From NCBI GenBank assembly GCA_964199315.1, contig OZ116699.1, positions 33,108,001 through 33,172,000 of the forward strand: DNA of 64,000 nt. Direction: 5' to 3'. The position numbers were made by a program, and so were the translations under genes. The notes under the pieces were generated by a model. That model made no database searches. It saw only the letters and a list, made by a program, of their open reading frames with translations, and had not been told where the DNA came from. The stretch's first letter is position 1; each line of letters starts with the position of its first letter. Source of the DNA: Orbicella franksi. Its lineage: Eukaryota. Positions 14,101-26,694 of the stretch are shown one piece after another.

Positions 14101-14863
14101 GGGTTTTTTTGCCATTTTGAAAACGCTTAGTAAATCGAATGTCAAATATTTTCATCAAATTTTATCGTTGGAATACTTAACCGATCAAAATTTGAAGGAC
14201 CAAATGATTAAATTTTATTCAATGACAGAAGGCCTGCGGAGTTTATGCACCTTTTCAGTGAGACTCAGTCCAAAGTACAGACCTGCCATTGCATATATGC
14301 GTAACTTCCAGCCACCGAGCGCAACTACAACATTCGATCAGTAGATATTTTCCCAGATGCCTCAAGTGTGCGGACTGAACGTTATCTTTCAGAAATGATT
14401 GCAATCATACAGGGCGTTTTTGACATTAGATTCTCATACAAACTCTTCTATTTCATGGGATAATCACCCCTTTTTAAATTGACGGGAAAGTCTTCGAAAT
14501 CCTCATTTCACTGGGCGTTAAACTTTACTAAAATGTTTTTATGCCAAACACAATTCTCTACTCTATTCGTTTCCAGGTTCCGGAGCAACAATTCAAGGTA
14601 TAATCCACGGGGTGTACTGGGGTCTAGGTATGGCAGTGGGTGGAGTCATCGGTGGAATGATGGTTCATGAAATTGGTGCGCGTCTGACATTTCGCCTTGA
14701 AGCGGCTTTCTCTTTCGCAATCCTTGTTCTATTCTTCGCCGTCAACAACGTCCATGAAAAAAGCACTCGTTATTCTCAGATTCCGTCAGAACCTCAGGAA
14801 ACTTTGGATGACCATGACGGAGCCGCGGGCCAAGAATTAGAAAGTACAATGGGTACTAAATGA
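11149..14863 (+). CDS. MFSD6: MFSD6-like major facilitator superfamily transporter, paralog 1 (2 coding exons, ~619 aa)
   Basis: Exon 1 is 11149-12721 (ends CCA G|gtgag) and exon 2 is 14577-14863 (ttccag|GT TCC), 1860 nt in frame. Motifs FFFFMATGAFLPYLGVFYKQL, YGRQRLFGSIGWG, FLFWFLQDIGGTP, EALQGFTYGGVW and IQGIIHGVYWGLG are typical of the MFSD6/MFS_1_like family. The symbol is family-level. Confidence 0.9.
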
Positions 14864-15331
14864 AGTAATGTTTAGACCTAATTTTATTTCTTAACGGTCT
14901 CAATAATTCTCAAGCGGGGAAAAGTTTATTTTTTATTGCTTTTATTATATGTACAGTTGCCCCGAAGCAGATTTTATTTATTGCGGATTTGGGAAATGTA
15001 TTGGTTTCAAAGCCATCTTTGTCACAAAGTGACTTACAATTATTCAATATAAATGGGTAATAATAATTAATTTTCGTTTCCCAACCCGACTAAAGTTTAA
15101 AAAAAAATTGAAATTGTACAGATCGATAAAGTAAGACATTTAGCTGAGTGTAGTTTGACCTTCCTTTTTAGATACACTTGGTCGGTCATTGCTTATACTA
15201 TAATATGACTATGACTATGGTCACTCCTTAGACTATGATCACCAAACCTTAGACACAAACCATTATTTAGCTACACTTTTTTTTAAACCAAAGAAGACCT
15301 GTCTACTATTCACACTTGTGAATAATGTGAA

Positions 15332-15679
15332 TACCGTAAACTGCCGCTTGTAAGCCCTAGGCTTTAATAACTTCGTAAGGGCTTTTGGATGGGCTTATAA
15401 ATGGAGGGGTGTATATCCGGGGAGGCTTATAAGTGGAATAAAGAAAACCGTTTTGATATATAAGCTAAAGAGGAGTTGATCGAAATACGATTTTATTGGA
15501 GTGGTTTCAGTTTAGGCTTTAAAACATCATAACAAATCGATTCATTTCACTTTAATTTAAACTAGAGGGAGATATCCGGGGAAGCTCATGATCGGATGTA
15601 ATATTTTGTTTACAGGTAGATTGGGCCTATAACTGTAGGGGCTTATAAAAGGCACGAGTTGTAAGCGCAGTTTACGGTA
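15332..15679. mobile_element. MITE with TACCGTAAA termini (Tc1/mariner-like)
   Basis: Terminal inverted repeats taccgtaaactgccgcttgtaag ... ttgtaagcgcagtttacggta with TA at both ends; non-coding. Confidence 0.65.
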
Positions 15680-17396
15680 TTTGCGGGTATCACGCTTCGC
15701 ATGTATGAAGCACTGTAAAGAATCAAGCATTATTTTGAATCACGTTTATTTTTGTATGCCACTGTTGATCAGGGGCGAGTTTGTTCAAGCTAAATGAATG
15801 TAATGTAGAATTGATGTTCCAATCATAGTGAAATTTGTCTATAAGATGACTATAGAGTGTGGTGAACCTTGGGTGGCTCGTAATCAACAAGAGATTGCCT
15901 TTGGTGCTTGAAATCGTTTTTTACTCTTTTTTTGGCGAAGGGGGCTTGTGCAAATGTAACAGCCTCTCTCGGCAGTCCTTTCCGGATGCAAACTGATAAA
16001 CCGCTGCACTAGATGAGATAGTTTGTTTTTAATAGGGTGCCAGGGCATCAGTTGGGCAATTTAAATGTTAATTATTTATGTGAAGATATTTAAAAAGTAA
16101 AAATAGCCGTGTTGGCTGCATTTGATTCTACTAAGGTTCGAGAATGGAAAATGGAGTTAGCATAAATTTCGATGTAAAAATTACAACACTGTGAGCTGCA
16201 AAACGACAGATGCTATCGACCAAATTGAACCAATATGTAGTGGGTCACTGAATTTCTCTTTGACAAGTTAGTAAATGGTGAAAATTAAATCCTGGGTTTG
16301 TAGGTAATAACGTTGAAAAGGAGATTATTTTTAAGTCGCCTTTATACAGCCATACCCTGCTGGACAGGTGCGTTGTTTTAACACGATGTGTTTCAGTAGA
16401 ATGGTGAGTAAACTAACTTTTAGCGCGCAAGTGAAGGATTTTGCCTTGTAATTTGGGACGTAACTTCATCGTCAGCAGGTCCAAAACTTCGCTATCGACT
16501 TGAGGAATTATTGAATCGGTATATCAGCTTACCTAATTCTGTTTACAAATGAAGGTCTCTCAGCAGTTGCAACATTGCGGATTTTTGCGCGCAATGTTTT
16601 TTAAATGTGTAGACGCCATCTAAACATGTTCTCAATAGCTTAACTGAACTACTAGTTACTCCCAACCTCCAATATCTTCATAAAAGACATCCAATCGATT
16701 GCATGCCAATCCTTTGACAAAACACGACGATCAGTTAGGGTATTCTAATTCATTAGAAATTCAGTACCTTAAAAGATACTAAAACTCTACGATTTATCCC
16801 TCTGGGCTACTTCCCTACTTCACTTCTATCAGTTTAAGTGGCATGCCTGTGAACTAGCTTGGTTTAGCTAAGCGCATTGACCACTATAAACAACAACATT
16901 TGAACTTTTTCTTTCTGAACTGTTGCGAGCAATGCTGTCTGCAATCTTGCAGCGCCCGGTGTGCCCAGATAATTAACCGAGCCAAATTAAATCTATTGAA
17001 GATGACAGCGGTATTGTTGGAGATTTGTCAAGTTATCATAATTTTTATGTACGTTGTTTTAAAACAAATAGATATACACTTCTATTAATGCTAGTGAACA
17101 ATAAAGTCTTCTTTCTCGGTGAACAATGTCTGATTTGTGCCATACACCACATTGCCCCTCACAATAAGTTAACAATTAATGAAGCTCTGTTTTTTTCCTG
17201 CATTTTAAGGGATTTGGAGCTTGGACTCCACCAAGCTATTTGAGGAGGGGGAGACAAAGTTCAAATCATTGCCACCATAACTAAGTACGTCCAATCCCCG
17301 GTACTGGGTATACACGAAGAAACAGGGATGCAGATTATAAAGGCAAAACTTGGGTGGCAGAGAAGAAAGGAGAGCGTAGGTTAGTTTGTAACATAT

Positions 17397-17528
17397 TGTT
17401 ACATATTCATGACACAGACGCCATTTTGGGTCTACATTCCAACCACGTTGTTTAATGTCATTGGTTAAACAATAACTCAACACATGCACAACTATGCATA
17501 ATGGTCAGCGGTATTCTCATATATAACA
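17397..17528 (-). repeat. 3' LTR of the Gypsy element
   Basis: 132 bp, direct repeat of 21810-21941, adjacent to the PPT. Confidence 0.95.
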
Positions 17529-17667
17529 TCCCCCTCCTTTACATTACAATCAAAGAAACAAATGAGGAGAATAAAATAAAATAAAAGAACAATCAACTCA
17601 ACATTAATCAAACAGTGTCTGTCATTGTTCACGTTCCAAGAACTGTCTTTTGTTCCAGAACAACTTG

Positions 17668-20600
17668 TTACAGGTCAAGTCTGATTGGTTTTTTGACTAG
17701 TCTTCCACTTCGAATCGTACACAAGGGCGGGTCTTTAGCTTCCACTATGTCTGATGAAGGTGGCACATCACCGGCTGGGATTTCCTCATCAGCTGAGGGA
17801 TTTAAGTGATATTCCTGTGGTGAGCGCTCCGTTTGTGGGCTTGCTGGGAATGTGGGTGCCGCATGTGTTTTGTCTGGCTCAGGTTCTGTCTGCTGATTGA
17901 TGTTTCCATGACGTTTCCGATATCCCATATGAGACTTTGTTGGGTCATTCCTTAGAGCCACTCGATTACGTCTGATTCTTTGGCCGCCTACCTCTACTAC
18001 ATATGATCTAGGCGAGACATGTTTCTGCACTACTGTTGCCGCTCTCCATTCCTTTGACCCTGGCTCCGGTTTTACTCTGACGTGATCACCCGATCTGAGT
18101 GGTGGTAGCTCTTTGGTGCCCTGGCGGTCATGGTAGTAGTTTTGCTTATCCTTGCCATGTTTCATTCTTGCCTTTATCTTCTGGATGCTGTGTGTTTCAG
18201 GTTCCAATAGACCACGTGCCATTGGTAGTGTTGTTCGTAGCCTGCGTCCCATAGAGAGCTGTGATGGGGACAGGTCAATTCCTGGAAGTGGGGACGCCCT
18301 GTACTCTAGGAGTGCTTTTCTCTTGTCTCTGTTCTTTCTCCATAGAGACTTCACTGTTTTAACTGCGGCTTCCGCCTCTCCATTCGCCTTGGGGTGTTTT
18401 GGGCTTACTAGAACATGTTCAAAGCTGTAACTTTTGGCAAAGGTCTCAAATTCTTTGCTTGTGTACTGGCTGCCACAGTCAGTGACTAGTTTTGGTGGGA
18501 TGCCATGTCGACTGAAATGTTCTTTTAGGACTTCAGTGGTCTCCTGGGATGTGAGATCCTTCAGTTTGGTCACCTCAATAAACTTAGAGTAATAATCAAC
18601 TAGCAACAGGTAATGTTCACCTTCAAAGGCAAATATGTCTGAAGCGGCCATTTCCCAAGGCAGATCTGGGACAGGGCTTGGTATCAAAGGCTCTTTCTGC
18701 TGTGCAGGGGCATAGTCATGGCACGTGGTACAGTCCTTGACTTTTTCTTCTATCTGTGCACTCATGCCGGGCCAGTGAAGGGCTTCCCTGGCTCTTTGCT
18801 TACACTTTACGATTCCCAGGTGTGTTCCATGTATTATCTCCAGCATGGCTGGCCTCATCGACGGGGGTACTACGATTCTCATTCCTCGGTAGATTACTCC
18901 ATCTAGTACCGCAAGCTCATCACGTGTGTACCAGTATTGGCGGATGCTGTGTGGGACTTGTTGCTTTGTTTCTGGCCGACCGGCTTGAATCATAGCATAG
19001 AGCTCATGGAGCTCATTCGCTGTGTTTTGTTGGAGTTCTGCATACTTTGGTTCGGAAATCGAGATTCTTTCCAACATGTTTACTTGTATCTCTTCTTCTT
19101 CCGGTGGTGCCTCATTTAGACTTGCTCGGCTGAGGGTGTCTGCGAGGACTTGCTTCTTGCCTGGAAGATATTCCACTTTTAGATCATAGCCACTCACTTT
19201 CAGCATCATTGCCTGTAATCTTAATGGTGCTGTTGCCATGGACTTGCGCAGTATCATTTCTAGGGGTTTGTGGTCAGTCTGGACCAAAGTTGTTTTTCCT
19301 AGAATGTACTCCCTGAATTTCTGAGTACTGAACACGATTGCCAGCATTTCCTTCTCTATTGGCGCCCAATTGAGCTCTGATGCTCGAAGTTTACGGGATG
19401 CATAGGCTATCGGCCTTCCCTCTTGCAGTAGGACAGCACCCACTGCGCTCTTGCTGGCGTCACATTGTATGGTCACATCTTTTCGGACATCATAGTAGGC
19501 TAACACTGGAGCTTCACAGCACATATCCCTAAGCTTCTGAAACGCAGCTGCTTGTGGCTTGTCTCAGTGGAAAAGTACATCCTTTCTGGTTAGTTCCCGC
19601 AGTGGTGTTTCGACTTCTGCTAGCATTGGGAGGAATTTGGCCAGATACTGAGAAGATCCCAGAAACCGACGGACATCTTTCGTTTCAGGAGGTAGCATAT
19701 CCTTCATAGCTCTTACTTTTTCTGGATCTGGTTTGAGACCTTCTCCTGAGATAATGTGGCCCACATATTGAACTTGCTGTTTTCGTACTCTGACCTTCTC
19801 AAAGTTCAGCTTAAGGTTGCAGGTTCTGGCGCGGTTGAGAACTGCCTCAAGGACTGAATCATGGTGGGCGATGTCACGTCCAGCGATGAGTATGTCATCC
19901 ATAATGGCGTATGCGTGATCAATATCCTCCAACATTTCATCCATGGCCCTTTGGTACAGCTCTGGAGCTGATTTGATTCCAAATGGTAGCTTTAACCATC
20001 TGTATCTGTCAATTGGGGTGTTCATCGTTGTCAGTAGACTGGACTCGTAGTCTAGTTTTATCTGGAGATACCCACTTTTATCATCAAGGACTGTGAACAC
20101 TTTTGCCTCAGGTATCTTGGCTGCAATTTCTTCTACAGTGGGGATTGGGTAATGCTCCCGTTTCACTGCTTTATTCAGATCACCTGGGTCAAGGCAGATC
20201 CTGATCTTCTCACCTCGACTTGAAACTACCATAGAGTTAACCCAGTCAGTGGGCTGTGAAACTTTGGCTAGGTGTCCTTCCTTTTCCATTTCCTTAAGCT
20301 TGACAATGATCTTGGGAAGGAGTGCTGCAGGCTGTCTGCGAGGCCCATAAACCACTGGTGTTGCTTTGGGGTCAATCTTGATAGAGTAAGTTCCAGGCAT
20401 GGCTCCGGATGCACTTTGTAGGTCTGGGTACTGGTCAAGTAGTTCCTTTAGGTTTGGATCTACATGTGCCTGTAACTTATGTACCCGCTGAACCAAGTTG
20501 AGTGCTTGACAAACTTTGCCTGACAATATTGGCTTCTGCTTACTATCTATGACATAGAAGTTCACATTTAACTCCCTGTCCTTGAATCTTATGGGAAGAG

Positions 20601-21754
20601 TGACATAACCTTTGGGTGTGATTCGGTGTTGGCTGTATGACACCAGGGTCTTCTTGGTTTGTTTGATCTGGGCACTGGGTGCTACTTGCTTGAGCTGAGT
20701 AGTGTTAATTACACTTGCATAGGCACCAGTGTCAAGTTGACAATGCAGGGTACTGTTGCCCACTTCTACAACCTCCCACCATTCGTCATTTTCACATGTT
20801 TTCTGCCTGTCACTCACGCCATTCATTTCTAGGCTTGCTACATGTAGTAGTTGTACACCACTGTCAGGACCTTCCTCATCACTAGAAAAGTCTTCTCCAG
20901 GATGGACCATTTCATGCAGTAAGTTTACATTGCTTTTCTTGCTTCTGCAAACTTGGGCAAAATGTCCAATTTTTTTGCACTTGTTGCATGATTCATTTCT
21001 GGCTGGGCATTTTTCCTGTGGCTTGTGGGTATTGTATCCACACCTATCACATTTTTGAACTTGGTCATGTTTCTTCTTGGACGAGCTATTCTTCTTAGAC
21101 GAGCCATTCTTCTTAGACGAGCCATTCTTCCATGCAAGTTTATTGACCTCCACTTTCGGGTCTTCACCAGACATCACTTGCATTCCATCCTTGGTCGCTT
21201 CGAACATCCGACCGATGTCAATTACCATTTCCAGGGTTAGGTTTTTACTTTTCTCCAAGCAGCGTTGCCTTACTCGTTCGTCCAGAGATTTGCATGCGAT
21301 GGCGTTCCGGATCAACTTATTCGACTCTGTCATGTCCAGACCACGGGCCAGGCGCTTAAGATCGGTGACAAAGGAGTCAAACGTTTCCCCTTGTAACTGG
21401 CGTCTTCGATCAAATTTAACTGCCGCCATAATTGGGTTCTTCTTTGCTTCGAGGTGTGCTTTGAACTTTCCGACTACTCTTTGGAGTATGTCTTTTTCAT
21501 TTACATTTTGTGGACCTTTCTCCAGATCCAACTTGCACAGTTTCCTATTGGAAAGTGAGGTAAATTTCTCGGCCTTTGTCGCCGACGAAGCTCGTAAGGT
21601 TGCATATTTTCTCTTTCTCAGTGCATTTGCTGAGCGGTCCTCCGAACGTGAATTCGCAATGTTGATAAAACCTTTCCCATTCTTTACTCAAGTCCGCAGC
21701 GGCCCAGTTCATTCTTGGCCAGTTGAATGACGAATTGGCGTATCCTTCGGCCAT
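17668..21754 (-). pseudogene. Disrupted gag-pol polyprotein of the Gypsy element
   Basis: ATG at 21754 (MAEGYANSSF...). There is a premature TAG at 21545-21547, a frameshift near 21510-21530 and an in-frame TGA at 19564-19566 (FH*DKPQ). Domains seen: zinc knuckle CNKCKKIGHFAQVC, protease QLDTGA, RT YAIMDDILIAG, RNaseH CDASKSAVGAVLLQ, and integrase HGTH...CTTC with D-D-E (ASDIF/VTDCG/NGEAE). Confidence 0.92.
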
Positions 21755-21809
21755 CCTGATGTGTTTGGCCCTGTTCCGTGGCGCTCGAAATCCCACTATT
21801 TTGACACCA

Positions 21810-21941
21810 TGTTACATATTCATGACACAGACGCCATTTTGGGTCTACATTCCAACCACGTTGTTTAATGTCATTGGTTAAACAATAACTCAACACGCGC
21901 ACAACTATGCATAATGGTCAGCGGTATTCCTATATATAACA
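21810..21941 (-). repeat. 5' LTR of the Gypsy element
   Basis: 132 bp, direct repeat of 17397-17528, adjacent to the PBS. Confidence 0.95.
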
Positions 21942-23850
21942 CATATACCATAGCCTAGAACAGGGGTGCCGTTCTCAAGGGATGACAATAGGTCAGACAA
22001 TACGATAGTAGCATCCTGGAGAGATCTGTACCTATCACCGAGGGTAGCCATAGCACTTTCTGCGGGGAGAAGTACAGCCTGGGAAGCACCCCTGAAACCA
22101 GAACTTTATTTACCAGGCAACTAAAATAAACTAAAAGTAAAAACTAAGAACAATGGCTGTGATGCAGATAAAAACGTTGCATTAGTTATTAGTGAAAAGT
22201 GATCTGCATTTTGATGAAGGTTCGGGGTCCAATAACATTGTATGGAAGGGCGAAATAGGAGCGAGCTATCAGTTGAGGGAGAGAGGGAAGCAGAGAACAA
22301 CTTAGCTTGACAAGACAGGGTCAGAAACAACGGGTGATTGGTATAGAGTTGAGGTGAGGCAGAGCATGTCATGATCATATGGAAGCATGAGGGGGAAAAC
22401 TGCACGGAGCTTTGTCAGTCATACGAGTTTCTATTCAACCGGGTCTGGCTAAATGATTTTTACGTGGTAAGATGATTTGCCCTCCATCAAGTACAAAAGT
22501 TCTTCATCGGTAATTAGTCTATTATTCAAAGTCAGTGAAGCTCAGTTCTAAAAAGCTAATTAGAGATTTACTTGTGCAGATTCCATGCATTCCTATGGTG
22601 ACTATTCAGTTCGATTTCTAATATCATCGGAACGAGCTTTCTGTCATAGTGAAATTGAAACCCCAAAAGTAAACTTTGTTTCTCTAGCTTGTCGCGTGAA
22701 GTTATCTTTTCAGCATTCAGAAACAGCTCCGAAGCTAAGTATTCCTAAGACTGAGTGGAAACTACAAAGGCTTGCGTTGAAGACCCAGCGGGGAATGTCA
22801 TCCGAAAAAATATTTATTCAGTGATGTACTAGTTTCAATTCAGGGCTATATGAAAACCGTTTAATAACTTGCCATAAAAAGTTGAAAGTGTGCGTGAAGT
22901 TTTTTAACACAGCAAAGTTGCTCCTCGATACCTGTGGTCAATTGAAACTCGGCTTTAACGTAAATGACAGCGCATCCCTTCGAATATGATTAATAAATTT
23001 CAATGACATGCTGACAATGAATTCTTGTTTCCCCTGTGCTCTTAATAGCGGAATTTTTTACTAAGGAAGGTGTCAACGCCTCTGTGGCTGAGAGCGTTCA
23101 CTCTTGCCTTAAGGATAAAAAAACTCGCGGCAAATTCCAAATAAAGGAAAAACCTTGGTTTGATCCTTTTATTGTTTTTTCAAGACCTGTGTTTTAGTTA
23201 TGCTTCTTTGTTGTCGTGCAATAATGGTTAGCCGGAGGGCAAAGGCTCGGAATTAAGTGACCTCGCATGTTTTGAAGCTGTATGGTTTCCGTACGTTTTG
23301 GCTTATTTATCAAAAGCCAGGCAAAGTTGATTAATCTCACGGATGCCATAAACAATTCTCGGGAGCCATTGCCATGATGGGCTCTTGTAATTTTGCAGTT
23401 ATGTGTAGCACGGGCTATTCATTCAAATAATCTCTAGCCCGACTCCACATTTTCATTTGACAAGATACCGCCTCGAAACACATCTGACCTGACAGATCTG
23501 ATATAAATGCAGGCGTAAACGATGGCCGATCGACAGGTCTTTTATTTGTCGTTTTCGTTTATTTGCGCCAAAACGTCATTGACGATCTTTAGATCGTTTA
23601 CTGCCAAGCTGTGTAAATTAACATGCGAATAGTTTGCGGTTGACTGCCCACAATTGAAAGATATATAAATTAACCGTATTAACATATTGAGTTACGAGGG
23701 GTGATGGATATGGCTTTTATTCTTGCATGCTAATGTTGTTGTGAGCGGCGGATGAGTTTCGGTTTTGACAAGAGGAAGGCGTTTTCTTCCGTTGTTTTCG
23801 AAGATTTCAAGAAAATGTGAACCTTAAGATCGAGTGCTGTTCGACAAATA

Positions 23851-26529
23851 ATGATTCCTTCTTCATACCAGCCTATTGGATCAGACTCACCCTCTGAAAA
23901 CGACGAGAACTTCGACCCTGAAAGCGATGAACCCTCACAACAGTCAAAATGGCGCAAAGCTATCCAGAGAGTTCGAAAAGCAGACAAGAGTTTCCTGGTG
24001 TCGAAGGCTTTCTACTTCTTCTTCTACACAGCTTTGGGCTCACTATTTCCATTCTTTAGTCTGTTTTACAAGCAGCTATGGCTTACTCCTGGGCAAATTG
24101 GTCTTTTGCTCGCTTTGAGGCCAGCTGTGAAACTTGTGTGCTTGCCGTTGTGGAAAATGGTCACGGATAGATTTAGCAAGCCAAAAGTCGTGTACTTTAT
24201 CTCAATCCTTGGATGGACTATAGGTTATTTTGGCCAATCCTTCGTTTACCCGAACAATATTCCTTGTTATGGATATGCCGCGGAGGGTTCAACAACTCAT
24301 GAATTTGTACTTTCAACACCAGCTTCATCACTTCTCAACTCTAGCGTCAAATCTGACAGCAACATTTCCACGAGAGAGCTAGTTCTAAATTCGCATCTTT
24401 CCGACTCCTTACAAGAATGGGATCCAAGGAATTACAAGGACTTAAAAAAGATGAAAAATACTGAAGGGAGTTTATTGAAGAACGTTAAATCAGTGAAAAC
24501 AATCGACAATGGCGCTAGACAGGCACAATTTGTTTCAACGTGGTTACAACTGAATGGGCATGATGCAAAAGAGGACGAAATGCATGCAAATGTAGAACCA
24601 CGAGCAGACAGCTTCAATCAAAGAATCGAAACTCCTGTTGCTCTTTCAAAACAGAAACTCCATATGGAAACTATAGCAAATCGTGGCTTGCCAGTTAAGG
24701 ACGACAGCCAAGCTAAAGTTCCACACGAAAATAATAAAGAACAGCTTTTGTCAGATTCAACAGAAAACAAAATAGTCAAGAAAAAGAGAGACTATGGAAT
24801 CCGGCCGTACGAGACAAAGGGTAACATGGTCAAAAGCCCAAGACCAAAGGAAGATTTCCGCGTCGCATACAACACCTGGGTGTTTCGCACTCTTGTTCTT
24901 ATTGTGATTCTTACCGAAATCATCACGACACCAACACCAATGCTGGCAGATAACGCCATTGTACGATCCCTAGTGGAAACTGACAGTGAATATGGTAAAC
25001 AAAGATTGTTTGGTTCGCTCGGACTCAGTCTCGCCGCCATTCTTGTCGCTGTGTGGGTGTCCTTGATGACCGACTGTGTGTATACAGATACCATCAACTA
25101 CCTGCCCTGTTTTTACCTTTTCGAGATCGCTATTGGCATCACAGTGTTGGTGTCGCTTTGTGTCGAGTTCAACAGGCCACTTGAAGGGGAGCCGAACGGG
25201 TACGAATTCCAGGATGCGATGAAGTTGTTCAACAACTTCAAAAATGGCGTGTTTCTGGTAACGCTGTTCGCGTTTGGATACTTCCACAGCCTTCAAAATG
25301 CCTTCTTGTTCTGGTATCTTCAGGACCTCGGTGGAACTCCCGTTCTGTTCAGCATTATCTTGCTTGTCTATTGCCTGGCCGAAGTGATCATGTATTTCCT
25401 GTCTGGTCACGTGGTCGAGGCCATCGGCCAACAAGGAATGATCTGCCTTGCTTTCGCTTGCTACACCGCTAGATACCTCATGTACACCTACTTAAAGGAT
25501 CCCTGGCTTGTAATCCCGATGGAAATGGTTCAAGGGATCACTTATGGAGGAGTGTGGTCGATTGCTGCTGTATACGTGAACGCACCGCAAGGTTGGTACA
25601 CCGGGCGGGGGGAGGGGGGTTAATTCGCCCCCGGGCTTGTAGAGGTTGTAAATCTGAAATATCCCAAATTCCATAATGACTAGTTAGAAAGCCATGAACC
25701 ACCGGACTGAAGGTTTGACTATGACAGAACTGGCCAGCATTCAGTGATTCTGTATTCATGTGGTTTAATTAAGACTACTCGCTGACCTTCCCCCAGTGGA
25801 TATTCCAGCGATGACGTGCGGGGAAAACATGGCCACAAATAAATCACCTTCGATTTCCTCAAGCACTGAGTATCGAAATAGATCTGTTTGGCTAACCTCG
25901 ATGTTCTCCTTTTTCAGTACACCACGTGACTGATCGCTCAAGTTGTGTTTCTATATTTCAGTTACTTAAGCTCTCGATTTATCGCACGCAACACAAGAAA
26001 ATGCCTCACCGCCGTACAATTTCTCTGTACTGGTCTCTATGCATTTTGTACGGTACAAAGATAAGATAATTTTACATGACCTTTGTCTTTGGTGATCAGT
26101 TTAATAGAACATTGCACCCGAATTTGTGTAATATACTAAATAACTCCAAATTTGTCACTTGGCACTGATTTTTTTTTTTTTGTTATATTATGTCCTCCAG
26201 AGGCGACGCCCATGGTTCAAAGCATTCTCCATGGATGTTACTGGGGACTGGGAATGGCCCTGGGCTCAGGAATCAGCGGTGTCATCATTGATTCTGCGGG
26301 CACGAGCACTATGTTTCTTATCGCTGCGGGAGTCTGTTTCCTCTTGTGCATGTTTCACTTAGGCATAGACATTTACAACAAAATGAAGGCTTTAGAGGAA
26401 GAACAGGAGCAAAGGTTGGCTGCTCAACGAGGGGATGCCAAGGCATCCAAGTCAAAAGACAGTAAAGACAGTAATTTTATTGGGGCAGCGGCTGCCCCCC
26501 TAGTGCCATGCCTTCTTTACGCAAGATAA
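23851..26529 (+). CDS. MFSD6: MFSD6-like major facilitator superfamily transporter, paralog 2 (2 coding exons, ~689 aa)
   Basis: Exon 1 is 23851-25591 (CAA G|gttgg) and exon 2 is 26201-26529 (ctccag|AG GCG), 2070 nt in frame. Motifs SKAFYFFFYTALGSLFPF, YGKQRLFGSLG, FWYLQDLGGTP, QGITYGGVW and VQSILHGCYWGLG are present. The phase-1 intron is at the same position as in paralog 1. Confidence 0.9.
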
Positions 26530-26694
26530 AGTTAAAAGTATTTCATTGACGAGCTAATTTGACTTCAGTTTTGTTGGTGGCGAACTCGACCAAAACATTT
26601 GCGAATTCTAATGACGTGTCGTCGTTGAGAGAAGTGGTTTTCGGCGTGCTCATGTACTTCATTCAACAAATACGACCATGAAACCCGCACAAGT

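Larger units (their letters stand above)
17397..21941 (-). mobile_element. Full-length, decayed Ty3/Gypsy LTR retrotransposon (4545 bp)
   Basis: Two 132-bp TG...CA LTRs (17397-17528, 21810-21941; 4 mismatches) and a 5-bp TSD CATAT (17392-17396, 21942-21946). The PBS TGGTGTCAAAATAGTGGGATT follows the 5' LTR (tRNA-Leu-like) and the PPT GGAGGGGGA lies at 17529-17537. Domain order is gag-PR-RT-RNaseH-IN. Confidence 0.97.

Noticed and set aside
19525-21547. Programmed readthrough or frameshifting between the three Gypsy ORF pieces
   Set aside because: The breaks fall early in gag and between RT and RNaseH at expected Trp codons, not at the gag/pol boundary. Mutational decay explains them better.
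18152-21730. Plus-strand ORFs antisense to gag-pol (for example 21077..21730, 217 aa) and antisense ORFs over the MFSD6 exons
   Set aside because: These are shadow ORFs of coding sequence on the other strand or frame, with no recognisable motifs.
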